Assembly: GCA_030141605.1 (NCBI GenBank)
Contig: JAQGDQ010000046.1
Span: 496,001-560,000 of the forward strand
Length of the DNA stretch: 64,000 bases
Source: Tubiluchus corallicola
Taxonomy: Eukaryota; Animalia; Priapulida
Direction of reading: 5' to 3'
This document shows positions 12,701-25,904 of the stretch, piece by piece. The notes beneath the pieces were generated by a model that did not search any database, had not been told where the DNA came from, and saw nothing but the letters and a program-made list of their open reading frames with translations. The translations under genes were made by a program, and so were the position numbers. Numbering within the stretch: the first letter of the stretch is position 1; each line of letters begins with the position of its first letter.

Positions 12701-15700
12701 AAGATGAATGCATGTGCAGAATATACTTAACATACCAAATACAGTACAATCCACTTATGATGAGGCCTGTTATAATCAGCTTCTAGTTATTACTAGCAAA
12801 TTTCAAAGTCCAGTCAAATCGTAGGTTTAAATAATGTATCTAAGCCTTGCTTACAGCCTTGCTCTGATATTAAGAGATCTTGCTTATTACAAGAGATTTG
12901 TTTTTCCCCATGATTGCTCTTCCCTGCAAAGAGCGAGCGTGAGTTCTAAAATACCAGGCAACTTGGCAAGATTCACCAAAATTAAAAAAGTCGCTGTGAT
13001 GATTAATAATGTTTGTAAAGTATAGTACATGCAGACATGTGGTTGGGTCAATGTGCGCTGCTGCAATTGTAATTTTACAGTCAGAATGAAGAGGGCTCAA
13101 AATGACATTTCAATAGAAATGAAAAGAGAAATACTTTGTAAAATCGAAAGCGGAGTAAAAAACATATAAACATTTGAAGAATATATTCTAAACCTTAGTA
13201 ATTTTTTACTCATCGACGGCAACTGCTAATAACGTGTTCTTATACCTTTCAAAATTTGACCGCTCCCTGAATAAAGCTGTGGTGCAATTTAATGTGAAAC
13301 AGGAAAACAACAGTTTTTTAAAAAACTACTCTGTTTTGCAAAATAAATGATTCAGCAATATTTCAAAGTTGAATTTTTAATAAAAATACTGTTTCAAATA
13401 AATACGATTATATAACACATGTGGGTTAGCCAGACTGTAAACTAGTTATTAACTGACGAAGGCTCATACTGAAATGCTCATAATCATAAAGGATATTTGC
13501 ACTGGCACAGCTATTTAAGTAGACCTATGTATCCGAGCAAGAAAACTAGCTGTGTAGTGAAATTATTGTACTGTAGCACCCATGCAAAATACACTCAGCT
13601 ATCAGCAGACTGTATGAATCACAGCAGTAGTAACTAAGAATTTAACCAACTTGTATGGCGATTTTATGCAGGGATTTATTGCATAAAATACTACCTTAAT
13701 CTTAGAAATAATAGAGTTTATACACTATAAGTGTGCTTTTTTGTTATAAAATAGTTGCTGAACAGTGGCACTTGTTAAGGAACTTGTCCCAGTCTCACAA
13801 GAAAAGGTTCTTTTCATTGTTACATCATATTCGCCTTATAGGGTTCATTTCTATGTTTTACACACACAACAATTGTCCTCGGCTACAACGACACTCGGTT
13901 GCAGCGAGCAAATTGTCACAGTCCCTTGAAACTTGTCATAAGTGGAATATACTTGTATACTGCCAAAGTGTGTATATACATGATTGGATCATTTTTATTT
14001 GATTAGACAAGAAGGACATGCAAATTTTGCTAATGAGTGAACATGAGGAAGAAACTGAACCACACAAAAAACTGAACCCTTTAAAAACTAATAATAAATA
14101 TCCAAATGAAATTGTCCGTTAACTTTCAGGCCATTAACAAAGATACAAATAAATGAATTGTTAAGTTTGATAGCACACAAAAAGGACAATAGTTTATTTT
14201 ATTTCCCTAATTCCTTCGCTAGTAGTGCTCAGTGCAGTACCTAGCTGGCGTACTAATGTAGCGGACTCATTGACTATGCATGCAATTTAAGTAATTAAGA
14301 AGTCTGGCAGATATTAAAGCTCAGTCAAATGCTTTGTGTGGGAGAATACTAAATTTTGTAATGCATAGCTCGTGTCATAGCGTCAGGCTGAATGCTTGTT
14401 GTTAACATAACAGTACAGTTAGTCAAAATGCAGCAGTGGTTGTTTTCACTTGGAAACATAAATCATGACAATTTTTTCACTGCCACTGAATCTTAACACT
14501 TGGGTACCGGGTACCATAAGGTAAAAGGAAAAGGGTACCCAAGTCTGATTTTTCTTACCCGTTTAAACACGGCGCTATTACACTTTCGCACCGCCTAGCT
14601 TTTCCTGGCCTATTGGTTCTTTTCACGCCTGCAGGCCAGAAAGCATACATAGCATACATACATAGCAGGATGTTGCCAGACAATACTGTGCAAAAATTTT
14701 AAAGTTGACAGTCCGTAATAGAAGGCATCTTAAGTGTTCACAAAGTTTTGCTTGGACAGCTTTAAAATGTTGTTTAAAGTCGAATGTTAATGCTTATATA
14801 AATCCTTTACAATTGGTCAAGCATAAGTTGTATGGTATGTATTTTTGTACTTATAATAGATATAACTGGAATATTCCTCTCAATAGCTAAGATTCAGATT
14901 TTCGTTGACGGTTTCAGGTTGCACAATAAAGTTTTATTTTCATATTGAGCTATGATTCTAAGACACTGGAAAAAAATTTATTGCAAAGAAGTTTCCATAA
15001 TTTTATTTTCACAACAAATTCGTGAGGCGGTAGACTTTATTTCATTGAAGAACAGCTTTCTGATCGTCAGGTAACGTTTAATCTTTCGCATTAAACCTTG
15101 ATATATCACTCACATTAACCCTGATTGAAATTATTAACTACCACTATTATTTCTTGTATTTGGGTACGCATAGCATTTTCGTTTACTCAATTGTTCCTGT
15201 TTTCCCGCATGTTTATAGTTGTTGTCTATGTCTATGTCTATGTTCTTTACAGCGTCGGCTATCAACCAGCATGTGTTTGCGAGAAAAACGCCAGTGTGGC
15301 GTAGCTTACTGTTACCCGCGATCTGTGTTGATCCGAGACTAAAATCCTTCCACGTGCAGAATTGCAGATTACCATGCTGGGTGCCGAGTAATCCATTAGT
15401 CGAAGAATTGACCATGAATTGAATTAGCCATGAATTGGCGTTCATGGGCTAGCCCAAGTAGGACGCGTCGTACATGGGCTGCCCAAGTAGGACACTAGAA
15501 ATAGGTCGCGAATTGAGTCGTTAAGCGTACTGGCACCGTCCGTCGTCCTTGTTTATGGAATAGTAATAATTAAAAACGTCAATATCCGACAAAATAAAAG
15601 AATTATGTTCTGAGCTAGAAGAATTAATATTTGCCAATATTAATCTTCTTTAAAGTGAAATAAGCATTTTTAGGCGATTCCAACGTTTGTTTAAAGTATA

Positions 15701-18700
15701 TCATTTTTTTGTCTTACTTCACAGACAGGTGATCCTTTTCACTCCCTCTTGGACAAATAATTGTTTTCTACTAAGTAAACGGATTAGCGAGTTATGTGCC
15801 CTACATAGTTTCTATCTTTAAAGCACTAGATACTTAGTCTAATGTTATGATGATATTAATGGAGCTAATATTATAATGATGATATTATTGTAAAAAATAC
15901 ATTTGTAAATTGTCAAGGACTATCCATCACTATTATAAAGTTACTTTTTCCTAAAACAAATTTACTTTTATGTTTTACTATGTCATAAATCTCGATTCTC
16001 GACAGAAATCGCTGGTGTCCTACTTGGGGTGCCCCTATACGACACTGCTTTTCCGCAAATTTAGCACATGCGTTTTGCCGGAAGTGGCTAGCATGATTTT
16101 GCGTCTTCACCAGATTTGTTCAACGGCTTTGCTGTACTTGTGGAAACTGTTTTTTCGCAACTCAAATTGTCGGTGATCAAAGTACGTCACGAATCAGAAA
16201 TCGATGTATTTAAAAGAGGAAACATGTAGGAACATTCTAAGAATAAAACGGCCAGGATCTGCATAATAAATCCAATCCAGAAGCATGATAATTAAAATAA
16301 AAACATGAAGATTAAGCTGGTAGAACATCTTACACGATTACCAGACGACAGCTCATTGCAGTTAGTTTTCAAAGAAGCACTACAGAAAGAAAACAAACTG
16401 CAAAAAGGACAGGTGCATCCAAAAATTTTTTACAAACACCATTAGGTATCAAAAATACAGAGACATGGAAAGTTGCGGGTGACAGGGCAGAGTGGTCTAA
16501 AGTGATTGCAAGGGTGAGAGGACATGTGACTCCAGAGATGATGACTCTATATATAGTCTCCAGTCACACGTGACTCTATGAATTTCCAGTAATCGCCGTC
16601 CGTAGACGCTCAACGAAAATGCTTTCATAAGAAGTGGCACCGATTTAAAAGATTATTCGAGGTCGAGGTGTAATGTCTATTTTCTCATTTTTGCTGGTTT
16701 AGCTGCTATTTACTTGTTTTGGGGGCAGATTTATTCTAGAATTCTATCTGCAACCAGTGCACATAGGCGCATGGTGATACATTCAACCCTCGCATGATGT
16801 AATACAGATAATCTAAATAAATTTCTTAGATTATTATTTAAATAAAGAGTGTAAAAATTTCAAGTTTAGTTCTATCAGATTTAACCAACAGTTTGGAAAA
16901 ATGAATAATATCTTATATTTATAGACACAACTAATAATAATAGTTACTGGCTAAATAAAACGTCTAGTTCTATTTCTTGCTGTGAACAATGTTTAACTTC
17001 ATAAGTGGCGTTTATGTAGCTGCGGATGCAAATGCGATTTCCACAGCTGCAGAATAGCCTGCGGAAAAGAATCAATAGGAAATAGCTGCATAAAAAGAAT
17101 AACGCATACGCAGGCTATATAAACGGGTGCATTGAAAACAATATTAAATCGATTTTATCTAAGCCGCTCTCTCCAAAACGCATCCGCACCCGCATGCTCC
17201 ATAAACGCCACTAATGCAGATAGACATCGTTTTTACCACTGGGAATTTTGGTGTTTCAGCTGAGAGAACTTCAGTTGCGAATTTGTGACCATCGTAGCGC
17301 AGATATACACAAGCCAATCATTACATTTGGAAAAGCTCGCTCAGTGCTGTCTTCTGTAATTGGATTGAATTAGTGTAAAATTCAGTGGGACTGGATGTAG
17401 TTTCACAATTTTTCTATGTAACATTTATGGCGAACATATATATTGCCAGATGGTGATACCTGATAATTTAATTTTAACAAAAACGCCATTTACAGCGCTC
17501 TACGTTGAAGGCTGCGAAAATGATAATTAGTTAATATGTTTTTAATGTTTATGTCCCTAATATTCCTTTGTTTTCAAAATTTCTGCGCAATACACGTTTT
17601 CAGTTAACTGTGAAATACATTAATAATCAAGTTCTTTCCTGGATTGTATGTCGCTTCGCTAGGGCAAAATTCGTCAGTGTATCATTTAACCAGTCTATTG
17701 TTTAGCCAGTCTATGACTTCGCCAGTTTATCTTTTCGCCAGTCAATCATTTCGCCAGTAAATCATTTCAACAGCGCCAGTGGATATTAGAAATAGTGCAA
17801 TACATTTTTAAACAGTATTAAACTTTGTTAGGCATCATTTCGCCAGAAGAAATAGTACAATAAATATTTAAATAGTAGTACACTTCACCAGTTGTAGTTG
17901 GAAATAGTGCAGTATAAGTATTTAAATAGGAATACACTTCGCCAGTTGTAGTTAGAAATAGTGCAGTAAGTATTTAAATAGTAGCACACTTCGCCAGTGC
18001 ATCTTTTAGCCAATGTATCATTTCGCCAGCGAATCATTTCGCAAGATGTAGTTAGAAATAGTGTAGAAGTACTGAAATAGTAATATACTTCGCCAGAGTA
18101 TCATTTCGCCAGTGGGTATTAGAAGCCAGTTGTAGTTAGAAATAGTGCAATAAGTATTTAAATAGTAGCACACTTCGCCAGTGCATCTTTTAGCCAATGT
18201 ATCATTTCGCCAGCGAATCATTTCACAAGATGTAGTTAGAAATAGTGTAGAAGTACTGAAATAGTAATATACTTTGCCAGAGTATCATTTCGCCAGTGGG
18301 TATTAGAAATAGTGCAATACATTCTTAAGCAGTGTTACACTTCGCCAACCTGTCATTTTGCCAGCGTATCGCTCACAAGTTGTAGTGAGAGATAGTACCG
18401 TAAGTATTTAAATACGAGTACACTTCGCCAATTGCAGTTAAAAATACTGCAGTAAGTATTTAAATAGTAATACACTTTGCCAGTGCATTTTTTTCCACCG
18501 GTACCTCATTTCACCAGTGGATGTTGGAAACAGTGCAATATCTTATTAAACAGTGTTACACTTTGGCAATGTATCATTTCGGCAGTTTATCTTTTCGCCA
18601 GTGTATCATTTCGGCAGTTTATCTTTTCGCCAGTGTATCATTTCGGCAGACTATATTTTCGTCAGTGTATCATTTTGCTAGGCTCATCTTTTCACCAGTG

Positions 18701-21700
18701 CGTTATTATACTGCTAATAGGAAATTTTTAATTGCAGTTAGGATCTCGTTTATCGTATATGTGTGCAATGAACGGTATGCCTCACAATGCCACTTATTCT
18801 TTGTTTTGTCAATAAGACTTCCTCTAATGAACCTATAAATAATTTGTGTTGTAGACATTTGGTTGTTAATGCAACACATTTTGTGCGATATTAGTTTTAG
18901 ACATTTAGCAAGATATATCTAAATTTTTTAATGTACGCCCTGCATATGTATATTATAATATATATATACGCATACATATGCAGGACGTATGCTAACAAAT
19001 TTAGAAATACATTATGTATATATGTTATGTATGTCGTAAAAGGAGTGAATAGGAACAATTTTTACATTCATCTGCCGTAACTTTTTTTTGTTAGTTTTTA
19101 TTCTAAATTGTGTTCATGTAATCATGTAGCCACATACACAATTTATCTTTTGAATGTATCATTCTTATAATAAAAAATCGTACATTAAAAACTAGTGTCC
19201 CTATTAACCCCGCATTTTGGGGTGAATAGGGACAGTTATTTTCAAGTCTTGTAACCATCTTGCATTACATGAGGTGAAAAGGGACGCAACTTAGGTTTCG
19301 AAAAACGTGTTTTAAAATTTGTTACTTTGAAATCTAGTGTAAGTGTACAAAGGTTATCTAGATAGCACTGGTCCTAATTAGCACAATATGTTAAGTACCA
19401 CCAAACACCAAAATTCGCCATTCTCTCCATATGACCGCACATCTTAGAACTAACCCCAACGTTTTAGGATGGGCCACACAGCCATTTTTGATTAAAGATT
19501 TTGCATGTAATAAATTTCTACAAGCTGCAAGTTCGTCTTCATATGAAAAGAACCATTCACAAGTATATGGTTCTCACGCATAACCATGCATACTCATAGC
19601 AAGAGATTTATCTGTTGAGCATGTATTGACCAGTTCTAAGTCATTGTGCCCAACCGTAGCATCACCAGTCTAATGAAGTGCTTTCTGATTGTATTTTGCT
19701 ACTTCCTGTGTTGGTGGTCCTTTTGACGAAAAATACTTTTCAAAGACGTCAACAGTAACAACATCGTCATCATCATCATCATCATCATCACCATCATTAT
19801 TATCATCACGAATATCTCTGGAAAAATATTCTGCATAATTGGCAATGATTCTTCTAGCGGTGCAGTAACCCTAAGCAGCCAGAAATCTGTTTACCACATT
19901 AAGCTTATTCCTACTTCTTTAACTTGTTATTAGTGCGCTCATAATTCTTTGTTTTCTTGCGTGGCGGTATTTCCTCATTCGACTCATTGCAGAAAACAGA
20001 CTGAAGCCCATTTCTTCAACTTTTCTCCAAATCACTTGAGCGAAATGAGAGGCAAATTGAACTAAATGCAGCAATTGCGGATAGTTCAAAATCTGGAAAT
20101 AAAATTTGGCCTTTAAAATGTCCTCGCCAATTAACTCATTTATTGTCCGTCCCAATTTTAGTGAAAGGTTTTTGTCATATGATGCCTTGTTCTTGCCTGA
20201 TATTGTTGAATATACGCAAGATATAAACTCGTCCAACGGAAATACAAAAATCACTTTGCACCAGGTACTAGCTTTCGTCGTTAGCAAAGATTAACTGCTT
20301 ATCTTTGCTAGCTCCTGTGTCAGTTAGCTATATATGACATGGTCAGTCCGCTATATATGGCATGGGGTATAAGTAAATTTACAGTAATCACTTATGATTA
20401 TTGAAAATTAAAAAAACACTCCAGGCAAAAAATTTGTTTGTGTGTAAATAACTTTTTGGCATTACAGTTGGCCTTAAAAATAGCAAAAGTGTTACTGAAA
20501 TGGCAGCATGAGGACAAAAGATGTCAAAAGTAACGTGAAGGCCTTTTTTCCACTTTTCTCCAAACCACTTGAACGAAATGAGAGGCACATTGAACTAAAT
20601 GCAGCAATCCAAAAAGTTATTTACACACAAGCAAATTTTTTGCCTGGCGTGTCTTTTTAATGTCCCATTTAGCAACCAACGATTTAGATTAATTGAATTG
20701 AACCTAAAATAAACTTTCACCATAAATTTAGCAAATTTTATACCTTTTCAAAATTTTACAATAAGGTTACAAAGAAAAATACATAAATCTTACAAAAAAT
20801 TATTGTTTGGTACGCTCATTTTGAGGCAGCTGTTTCCCACGAACTTCTTATCTGCGAAACTTCCTGACTATTCTCTGTTACACAATCAGTCAGGTTCTTC
20901 ATTAAGTTAAGACACTATGATCCGATTTATTACACTTTTTATCATTAGCTTATTACATGAATGGTGAATGATCAACAGTACATTGTTGAAGATTATTACA
21001 ATTTATAATTATGTGTTAAAAAAATCTGAGGCAATCTTTCGGGCAAATCAATTAAGTTATCAAAATTCTTGGGAGCTTGCCGAGCCTTGCCTTTGTTCCT
21101 TATCCAGAGAACTGTTGAAACAGGACTTTTCAGGTTAAGTATGCTGCGCCCTCAGCGTCAATAGAACTTTTTAGTTTAATTGGTGCGCCGCTTAAATCTT
21201 GCAACTTTCCCTTGACTTCCTTAACTGCCACATGGGCTTTCATTTGCCCCATTCAGACAGTGGGAATATCTTTGAGTGAGAGGTATTTTAACAAGATATA
21301 AACACATTATAGCTCGTTCTGCTTCAAAACCTCCATCTCGTTGTGTCCGCGATCCTCTCTGCCTTTTCAAGGAACACATAAGATGAAACTTGAAGATATT
21401 GTAATGTTGAGCGGATGGTCCTGATTCGCTAGTTCACGTCACTTTATGATAAAACGTTAGACAACAGTGAAAATTTTCGTAAAATAAACTTGCCTGAATA
21501 ATATGTGTTCCATGTTAGTTCCATCAAGTATGCAGAGATGTTAAACACACGCGTCCGTCAGCCAATTGAACCGGCGAGGCCATTCCATACCAGTTACTAA
21601 TAGCTGCTATACTGACATGCAATGGCTTTTTAATGGATCGAACCATCACAATGTGGGGGTGGGGATGAAAATAAAAGGGCACTTCGCCGTCGCGTAACGC

Positions 21701-24700
21701 TTACTTGTTTACGAAAAAATTACAAAAATGCGTAAAGCTCATTACAAGAAGATACTTCGAAATATGTAAACTTAATCTAGTTAATGAAAATGACGGTTGA
21801 AAGTAAACTTTTACAACAAAATCATAAAAAATTGAAATTGGTTTCAAGAAATTCCACAAATAAAATCGTAATCGTAAAAAATAAAATTTATTGCCTTTAA
21901 GGCTCAGAGATCTGGCCGGGTTCAGTAAGCGTAAAGCAGGTCTATATTTGTAGAATCCCATCCAAAACATGATGTTCTTTTGACAACATGGTAGAGGTGT
22001 GTCCAAAGAGAAGATGCCAATAATTGTTCCAGCGTTTCCCCCAGGAGCTGACCTGACGTAGTAGCCGCATTCAACTTCATTCATTTTCATCCTTTTTCTT
22101 TTTTATCAGCTTTTATACACCATTTAACCTTCATTCACTTATCTTCAAACAAAACATATTCTTCACATCCCACTGTGCAATAAGAAATTTTGTCACAAAC
22201 AACAGATCCCGGACAGTGGACAACACAATGGAGTACAAAATTCAAACGCCACCACAGAAATTGTCACAGTCCTCATCACAGTAATGGACACAAAGGACAC
22301 ACCACTACAGGATGGACACTGCGTCTATCACATCTCGATCATCACATCGCCCTCCTTCAATTTTGCTTAGCCCTATGACGTTGAAATGCACCTAATATAT
22401 TTAGTCAGTCCCTATTTGGATATTGGAATAACCCCTCCCTTTCAACTTTACTTGAAACTCCAAACTGCATAGTGCCCCATTTTATTCTTAAGTATCGCTA
22501 GATCTTGCATATGTATATGTATATATGATTTATGATTATTATGATTAGTAGCTAGAATGACTAATATGATGAAAAGTGATGTATGATGATTAAATGATTA
22601 GTTTAAATATGTGTGAAATTTTAAATTTATTATTGTGTTTGGATGATTGACAGCTGGGTAGCTGTGCTCACTTGGCCAACACAGTGCAGTTAAGTTGGTT
22701 AACAGCTGATAATCCCGCGCACTCAACCAATCAGTATTCAGCTGCATTATCCAATCAGTGTTAAGCTGACTATTGAGTGAGTGTTCTAAACATATGTGCT
22801 GACCAGTGACAGCGAGCCGATAGAGGACAGCTCCAAAAATAGAACTGATGTCATGTGGTAAAAATAGATATGCTTCACTAGAGGATTTTTTGGAAAAATT
22901 TGGTGCAGTGGACTCCTAATGCGATTGTGCGTTCAATGGTGTGTTTTAATACTACACACGTCGATTAATTTGGGAATTATAGCATTAAGTTACTTTTCAT
23001 AAATTGATTACTACAGTAAGTGCATCTTAATGCCTGTCAAGTAGGTGGCTTCTCAGCGCCATGAACCCAGGTAAGAAAAGGCAAATTATCTGCGTTCTAT
23101 TCCGCCGAAACAAAGAATTTGATGTCCGGCCGGAGTTTGGAGGCTTGGAAAATCGTCACTCAGTCTATAACCATGGAAGACATTCATACAGAGGTAAACG
23201 CTCATGCTAACATTTCTGGCCTAAAAGGTCTGTTAAATTCAGTCGGTGCCAAAAGGGAAGGATGGAAACGCCCCTGACTACATACATTTCTTATACAAAA
23301 TAATAAACAATTTAACTTCGGGTTTGGGCAAAAAAGCCACCTAGAAGCGTTAAAGAGAATCGAGTATCTCGAAAGTGCTACACGCTCAACACACTTAGTA
23401 CACACACCTACAAGTGTCGCAGCTTCCTACGCAGATAAAGTACGACAAAATGCCCTTCAGACGAAAAAGACTAGCAGCAACTCGGCCATCGGCAATGAGA
23501 CTAAGACAGAATATGATGCTAAGAAGACCGAATTGTTTTATTGAACATCAGCAGAGGTCAACATTTTCCAAAACTAAGATTTGACTTAGCCGTACAAGAC
23601 TATACGAGGCAATGTACATTTAAATTAAAATTAAGAGAAATCGAGGATGAACAATGCATTGTAAGCAAGAGTGCTAGATTTCCCAGACGTAACACTGTGG
23701 GTTTAGTGCGGGATGTTGATCCAGAGTTGTTAGACTCGGAAGTACAAAACTTCATACAAAAAGCATACAGTGGTGCAATTATTGAACGGTTTAGAAAGAA
23801 TGACAGAACACTCAATGTACAGTTTGTACAGCAAGAAGACCTTGAAAAAGCCATAGAAGACGCCTTGTTAATGTTATGTAATGTTATATGTAGTCGTTAT
23901 ATTTTGTTGTTGTGGTTGTGTTGTGGTTGTTTGGGTGTTTTTTCTCTTGGAGTCCCAATCAGATGGTTATATTATGCTTACTGTGCTTAATGGTTAACCC
24001 AGTGCTTATGTACACACGAAAAATTATTCCTATTTTCAATAGTTATAACAAACAGCTATAAAAATTAATCAAAAACATTAATTTAAGCGACTTACCGTGT
24101 AAGTTGTGTTCTCTTGGTAAATAGGAGTCGATGACAGATTAGCATCGTTTTCCGGCCATAACTTTAACTCACAAATAACTTTGACAGCATAGACACCTTT
24201 CGTTAAAGAGCTAGCATTAATTGTCACCTTTGAATGAGGGTCTTGCCACCCCTTGCTGTCAGAAGCATTTTTATCCGATTGGATCTCCCACCAATAGGAC
24301 AACGCACGAGTTCCCAAAGACTGACCACAATATTCTTCTTGCACGGAAGTAGTAAGATTAAATGGTTTTGACTGGCAAAATTTGGTGGCATCAGTTCTGT
24401 TATGGCCAGCATTATCGATGGTGACACTGTAGTTACAATCCCTCAGTTGTTTTATATGTACAACTCTAGACGTGTACCAATTAATAGAATTGTTGTTTTG
24501 TACTGTACCATTAACTTCAATCTTGTAAGAACCAATATTGTACGTGTAATTGTATTTGTAGGCATAAAAGTCTCCTAAACTTTGATTAACTGATTTCTCT
24601 GCCCACTCCAGGAAGTCTTCGTCCAGCAATTCTCTTGCTGTCTTAAAATACGAGTTATTAAAATGAATAGATTCGTTATCTCCAGTGTTCAATGTAAAAA

Positions 24701-24829
24701 TCATGTTTGTCACCAGGTCATCAGAAAATACTGTAATATTACACACAAAGGTAGCTTGGTTCGCAGCTAACCTCTCATTATGGGTGTTAGGCACTTTTCT
24801 AGCTACTACAATCAAATTATTAGAAGCTT
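680..24829 (-). CDS. Gene B: second polycystin-1/REJ-family gene, PKD-like plus REJ ectodomain exons (partial at both ends)
   Basis: join(24096-24829,9903-10045,7059-7153,2425-2596,910-1151,680-775). GT-AG with junction phases 0,2,1,2,1 all compatible and about 493 open codons. REJ-type motifs appear in order: C..SY.WEI, INASSLTKGVY, LTAVIRDG..MDASASYD, LFWWHC, FTIPERSL, CLENC..KVN..CVSC..YSW, CSVTPSEG. Confidence 0.85.
910..1151 (-). CDS. Gene B exon: REJ
   Basis: CLENCRRKVNSAASLVLQSVCVSCDNSSITVYSWSI...IFVRKSALVEGHTFRIVVE; phase 2-1. Confidence 0.88.
2425..2596 (-). CDS. Gene B exon: REJ
   Basis: ESKFTIPERSLPKNSTTTFIVSIWKANQS...QWAKQIVQVIEIREETKLQIR; phase 1-2. Confidence 0.85.
2830..5700 (+). 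mobile_element. Decayed DNA transposon with long terminal inverted repeats, Academ(X)-like
   Basis: Inverted matches: ~2848-2880 vs ~5655-5688 and ~3170-3208 vs ~5358-5398. Internal + strand remnants MLPEEVADIIMPFHVITENDYISGLY (XPG-like HxxTGxD motif, ~4636-4715) and LFPTDEGTSDHHV..NSY (~4923-4980). Many stops; boundaries approximate. Confidence 0.5.
7059..7153 (-). CDS. Gene B exon: REJ
   Basis: FWWHCYEGIRDYDSVYSSDSDRCYNITIPFN; phase 2-1. Confidence 0.82.
7243..7623. mobile_element. hAT-type MITE
   Basis: TIR TAGAGGTGAGC / GCTCACCTTTA; flanking 8-mers CTCTTAAA and CTCTTCAT (degenerate TSD); internal TTCGAA-type subrepeats. Confidence 0.6.
9903..10045 (-). CDS. Gene B exon: REJ
   Basis: GWIKIDTMNLTAVIRDGPNKTINWKNALTMDASASYDRCRPNADPNIL; phase 0-2. 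Confidence 0.85.
11730..11930 (-). mobile_element. Possible hAT transposase C-terminal (dimerisation domain) remnant
   Basis: TYLPV...SSSKNWWLTSVLTHVRSCRLTI loosely resembles TLPVxxxxxERSFSxLKxIKNWLRSTMTQxRL. Confidence 0.25.
15467..16043. mobile_element. MITE (pogo/Tc1-like termini)
   Basis: TIR of about 28 bp: GTCGTACATGGGCTGCCCAAGTAGGACAC vs GTGTCCTACTTGGGGTGCCCCTATACGAC; extra partial copy of the left TIR at 15443. Confidence 0.6.
16210..16540 (+). mobile_element. LINE (RTE-like) 3' end remnant
   Basis: Degenerate frames LVEHLTRLPDDSSLQLVFKEAL...AGDRAEWSKVI resemble the RTE C-terminal GHxxR...AxDRxxW pattern. Confidence 0.4.
17005..17211. mobile_element. PIF/Harbinger (Tourist-like) MITE
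   Basis: TIR GTGGCGTTTATG.AGC / GCT.CATAAACGCCAC with a perfect TAA target-site duplication on both sides. Confidence 0.75.
17660..18710. repeat. Composite minisatellite built on CATTTCGCCAGT and GTAGTTAGAAATAGTGCA modules
   Basis: Dozens of TTCGCCAG cores at about 21-nt spacing, plus a near-exact duplication of about 180 bp (~17940-18125 vs ~18125-18305). Confidence 0.8.
19030..19900. mobile_element. pogo-like non-autonomous element remnant with hairpin
   Basis: Repeated GG.GTGAATAGG(G)ACA motifs; stem-loop TGTCCCTATTAACCCC-gcatttt-GGGGTGAATAGGGACA at ~19196-19234; (CAT)n tract ~19762-19810. Confidence 0.35.
23060..23875 (+). mobile_element. Non-LTR retrotransposon ORF1 (gag-like) remnant, antisense in gene B intron
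   Basis: ORF 23541-23990 core VGLVRDVDPELLDSEVQNFIQKAYSGAIIERFRKNDRTLNVQFVQQEDLEKAIEDAL resembles LINE ORF1 proteins; upstream frames broken. Confidence 0.45.
24096..24829 (-). CDS. Gene B exon: PKD-like repeat and REJ start, N-glycosylation-rich
   Basis: ORF 24078-24815; acceptor tttttgcag, donor gtaagt; many NxS/T sites. Confidence 0.88.
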
Positions 24830-25749
24830 CTGCAAAAAAACGTAAACAAGCAAAATCAGTTGATGTATTTGTTTAAATTTATATCGTCCGACTAATTAGA
24901 ACATGCCTGCAGACCACAAAGCAGACTGCAACTTAAATTAAATAAGCGTTCTAAACTTCACGATAAAAGACCTTCGCGACGCAGCAAAACGTTTATTAAT
25001 TTTTTCAACGGCTGTTTCAATTAATTGTCATGCTGTGCAAAGTAGACTGCGAAACTTTATATATATATATATATTAACAAATTATATATCATATATTATA
25101 AACAAATTATGTATATATGCATATATATATTATAATCTGTATATGTATGCAGATTAGCATTATATTGTTACATTATTCGTATTTATAAAGAAAAAGAAGA
25201 ATTAACCCACTGGGCTGTAACAATGTATTTATTAATAGTAGAGCTTACTACGTTAGCGCTGGAAAGAAAACAGGCATTTCGCGCCGGATGATTATACTTA
25301 ACAACTTCATTTAATATTGTTTTTACATGAAAACGGCACAGGTAGCACTATGTACCGGGTGTGACCATCAGGCGCGCAGTAGACAATAACGCAGACTACT
25401 TTCGCGTTACTGATTAAATTCGCTCGTTTTTTTCTTCATTTACATTTGCTTTATGTTTTACAATTCTGTACGTCAATGTTACCGCGTTTTTTTTCAATGC
25501 CAATTTCTCTCAGCCGGCTAACCACTTCAGCAAAAATTTTTAATTCCTTAACACTAAAACCCAAATATATTCACTTGCTTGATTTCCAACTCATAATGAC
25601 TTAACGCTTGATGACTTTGGCGATTTTGCAGCATTTTAAGTAAAGCTGAGCAAAATTATTAGCGCAAATCTACCTTAATGAATATTCCGGTTGCTTAACG
25701 CAGTGGCTAACATGTTTAACACCTGTTTATACATTTTTGGCAGGTTGAC

Positions 25750-25904
25750 CTGAGGTAAAAGGATCAGAGGCATTGAATCTGAACCTCCCTGAATGGTTGC
25801 TGCCTGTCCCGAAGACGACTATATTGAGGCTGAGGAACATTTGGTAAGAATAGATGGTTCGTCTTCTCTCTGGCTCTTTTGTGCCTAAGCCGAACTGAGA
25901 TCTA
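25750..25904 (-). CDS. Candidate gene B exon
   Basis: Open frame RSQFGLGTKEPERRRTIYSYQMFLSLNIVVFGTGSNHSGRFRFNASDPFTS; ends in phase 1, compatible with the 24829 acceptor; donor gtcaac is weak. Confidence 0.35.

Noticed and set aside
20800-21575. Possible LINE 5'UTR/ORF1 remnant on minus strand
   Set aside because: Too degenerate; no diagnostic motif
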